Shown one piece after another: positions 62,501 through 64,000 of a stretch of DNA of 64,000 nucleotides. This stretch comes from Pelomyxa schiedti (taxonomy: Eukaryota; Protista; Evosea), in assembly GCA_020536535.1 (NCBI GenBank), contig JAHLWZ010000505.1, positions 1 to 64,000 of the forward strand, read 5' to 3'. Under the pieces are notes generated by a model that saw nothing but the letters and a program-made list of their open reading frames with translations, was not told where the DNA came from and did no database searches. The stretch's first letter is position 1. Each line of letters opens with the position of its first letter. The translations under genes were made by a program, and so were the position numbers.

Positions 62501-63543
62501 CACATGATGCAACAGCAAGCCCAAGACGAAATGGCACAACAAAATTCAAGTCAACAACAAATTCAACAACAAATACAGGAACAGATGCAACAACCACAAA
62601 TGCAACCGCTTCAGACACAAATGCCACCACCCACCCAGCCTGATCTTCCTACAATTCAGCCACAACTTTCTGAGATGCCACCTATTCAACCTGATGTGCA
62701 AGTTAGGCAACCATCCCCCTCCCAAGTGCAACCTCCACCTGAGCAAAAAGATGGACAAATTGCACACTGTGAGGTAAAGACAGAGCAAGATCAAATGCCC
62801 CTGCAACCACAAGTTATTCCTCAACCACCCATAGAACATCTACCAGAAGATAAAGATGGAAGACAACTTCCACCCTCAACCCAACCAGATACACAAAACA
62901 CATCTGTAATCTCTGAAGTACCCAGTTTACCTGTGCATTCCCCACTTCAACAAAACACATCCACCACCACGTCGACCACGCCGCCACCCCCACAACCTCC
63001 TCAATCACAGTCATTTGAACCACACCAAGTTGTGGAGGGACCAGCAATCCCTCCCTCATCTGGCCTACCAACACAAATTTCACAACAAACCGCACCAATA
63101 CCACCGCAAGACGCCCAACAACAGCAACAGGTACAATCAATGCCACCCCCACAGCCGGCTCAACCAAATCCTGGAATGGTCCCGCAACAATCAATGCCAC
63201 CCATGCAACAACCACCATCACCATCACCCGCCCCACCACCTCCACCCACAACAATCCCGGTTCACCACATGTCACAGAGAATGCAAACCGTTACCATCCC
63301 AGCATCTGTCTACGAATCCAAAATGGACCATGCCAAGTAAGCTTCTTCCGCTTCCAATTTAGCCAGTAACAACTATGTAGGTTCTTCATATTCCCCAGTG
63401 AGGGTGTGTGCCGGCGGTTCTCCAAAGAGATGGAACAGATTCTAGCCGGAAGCAACATGGAACTAAGCCTGGAGATGAAAGAGACTCTAGAAGGACAGCC
63501 TTGGCTCACAAGCATAGCCAGTTGGTCGTCCTCCTATCCCTAG
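59524..63543 (+). CDS. Large hypothetical protein with LIM-like Zn motif and Gln/Met/Pro-rich C-terminus (multi-exon)
   Basis: Gly-rich start. TCVKCGKAI...AFDLPWHLNCW is a LIM-like half-domain. ORF 61976-63340 plus a final exon ending ...WSSSYP* at 63543. Confidence 0.55.
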
Positions 63544-63626
63544 TCACCAATTGTGGAAAACAAATTTCAAAAAGATTTTTCGTTTGCAATTGCCCAAGCC
63601 AATTTGCAACAGATTCCAGATACCAG

Positions 63627-64000
63627 ATGCAGAGCACAACAACCACAAGCAGCACCCCGGCGGCCGAGACACCGCCCTCGTCGTCTTCAACAACAACAAG
63701 GACACCGCCGCCCTCCTCGGCGTCGCAGCCTCCGGAGCCGCACGAGAGGACGAGGCCCGAGGCCGAGGTCGAGGAAGCACACGAGGAGGAGTCTGAGGAA
63801 GATGGAGAGGCAGAGGAAGGTGATGGGGAGTACCTGGACCCAGTGTTTGTTGACGCTGAGGGGGGCGTGGTAGTGGACAAGTCCGCGGCGGCTGCAGAGG
63901 CATCAGGTATGCTTTAGATGTGGGGCGGCTGTGTGGGAATTACATTGTGGGTGGGTAATCGCTAATGGCGAGTTAACGGGAAGCAGGTGGTGCCGAGGCA
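63627..64000 (+). CDS. 5' end of a gene running off the window (Thr/Ser/Glu-rich N-terminus)
   Basis: ATG at 63627, open GC-rich frame to a probable donor GTATG at ~63907. Confidence 0.5.

Overview
Gene-dense eukaryotic genomic DNA: about 24 intron-containing protein genes, mostly 30-60 nt GT-AG introns, intergenic gaps often under 150 bp, and two 100-N assembly gaps. Two CudA-family transcription factors, bacterial-type metabolic enzymes carrying introns and the gene architecture suggest an amoebozoan, probably an anaerobic archamoeba such as Pelomyxa (inference only). Recognisable genes: ankyrin+KH protein, decaying Crinkler-type REase+kinase locus, kelch+SAM protein (with an assembly duplication), MORN protein with a degenerate PARP-like C-terminus, SPATA7-like protein, two CudA-like TFs, P-loop GTPase, ZIP transporter, eIF2-beta-like protein, SAP30-like protein, secreted CBM9-like protein, dihydropyrimidine dehydrogenase, F-box protein, AraB-type ribulokinase, PHD/WH + zf-4CXXC chromatin protein, amidohydrolase-3, RAB3GAP1 and a VPS9 GEF. 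The standout is a ~470-nt structured non-coding element at 53785-54261 (+) with telomerase RNA architecture. In order it shows a core-enclosing helix, a template-boundary hairpin abutting an ACCCUAACCCUAA template (specifying TTAGGG), a pseudoknot, and a long G-U-rich arm ending in a CR4/5-like three-way junction with a P6.1-like 4-bp/5-nt hairpin. All pairings were worked out by hand; no folding program or database search was run, and exon boundaries are approximate unless stated.
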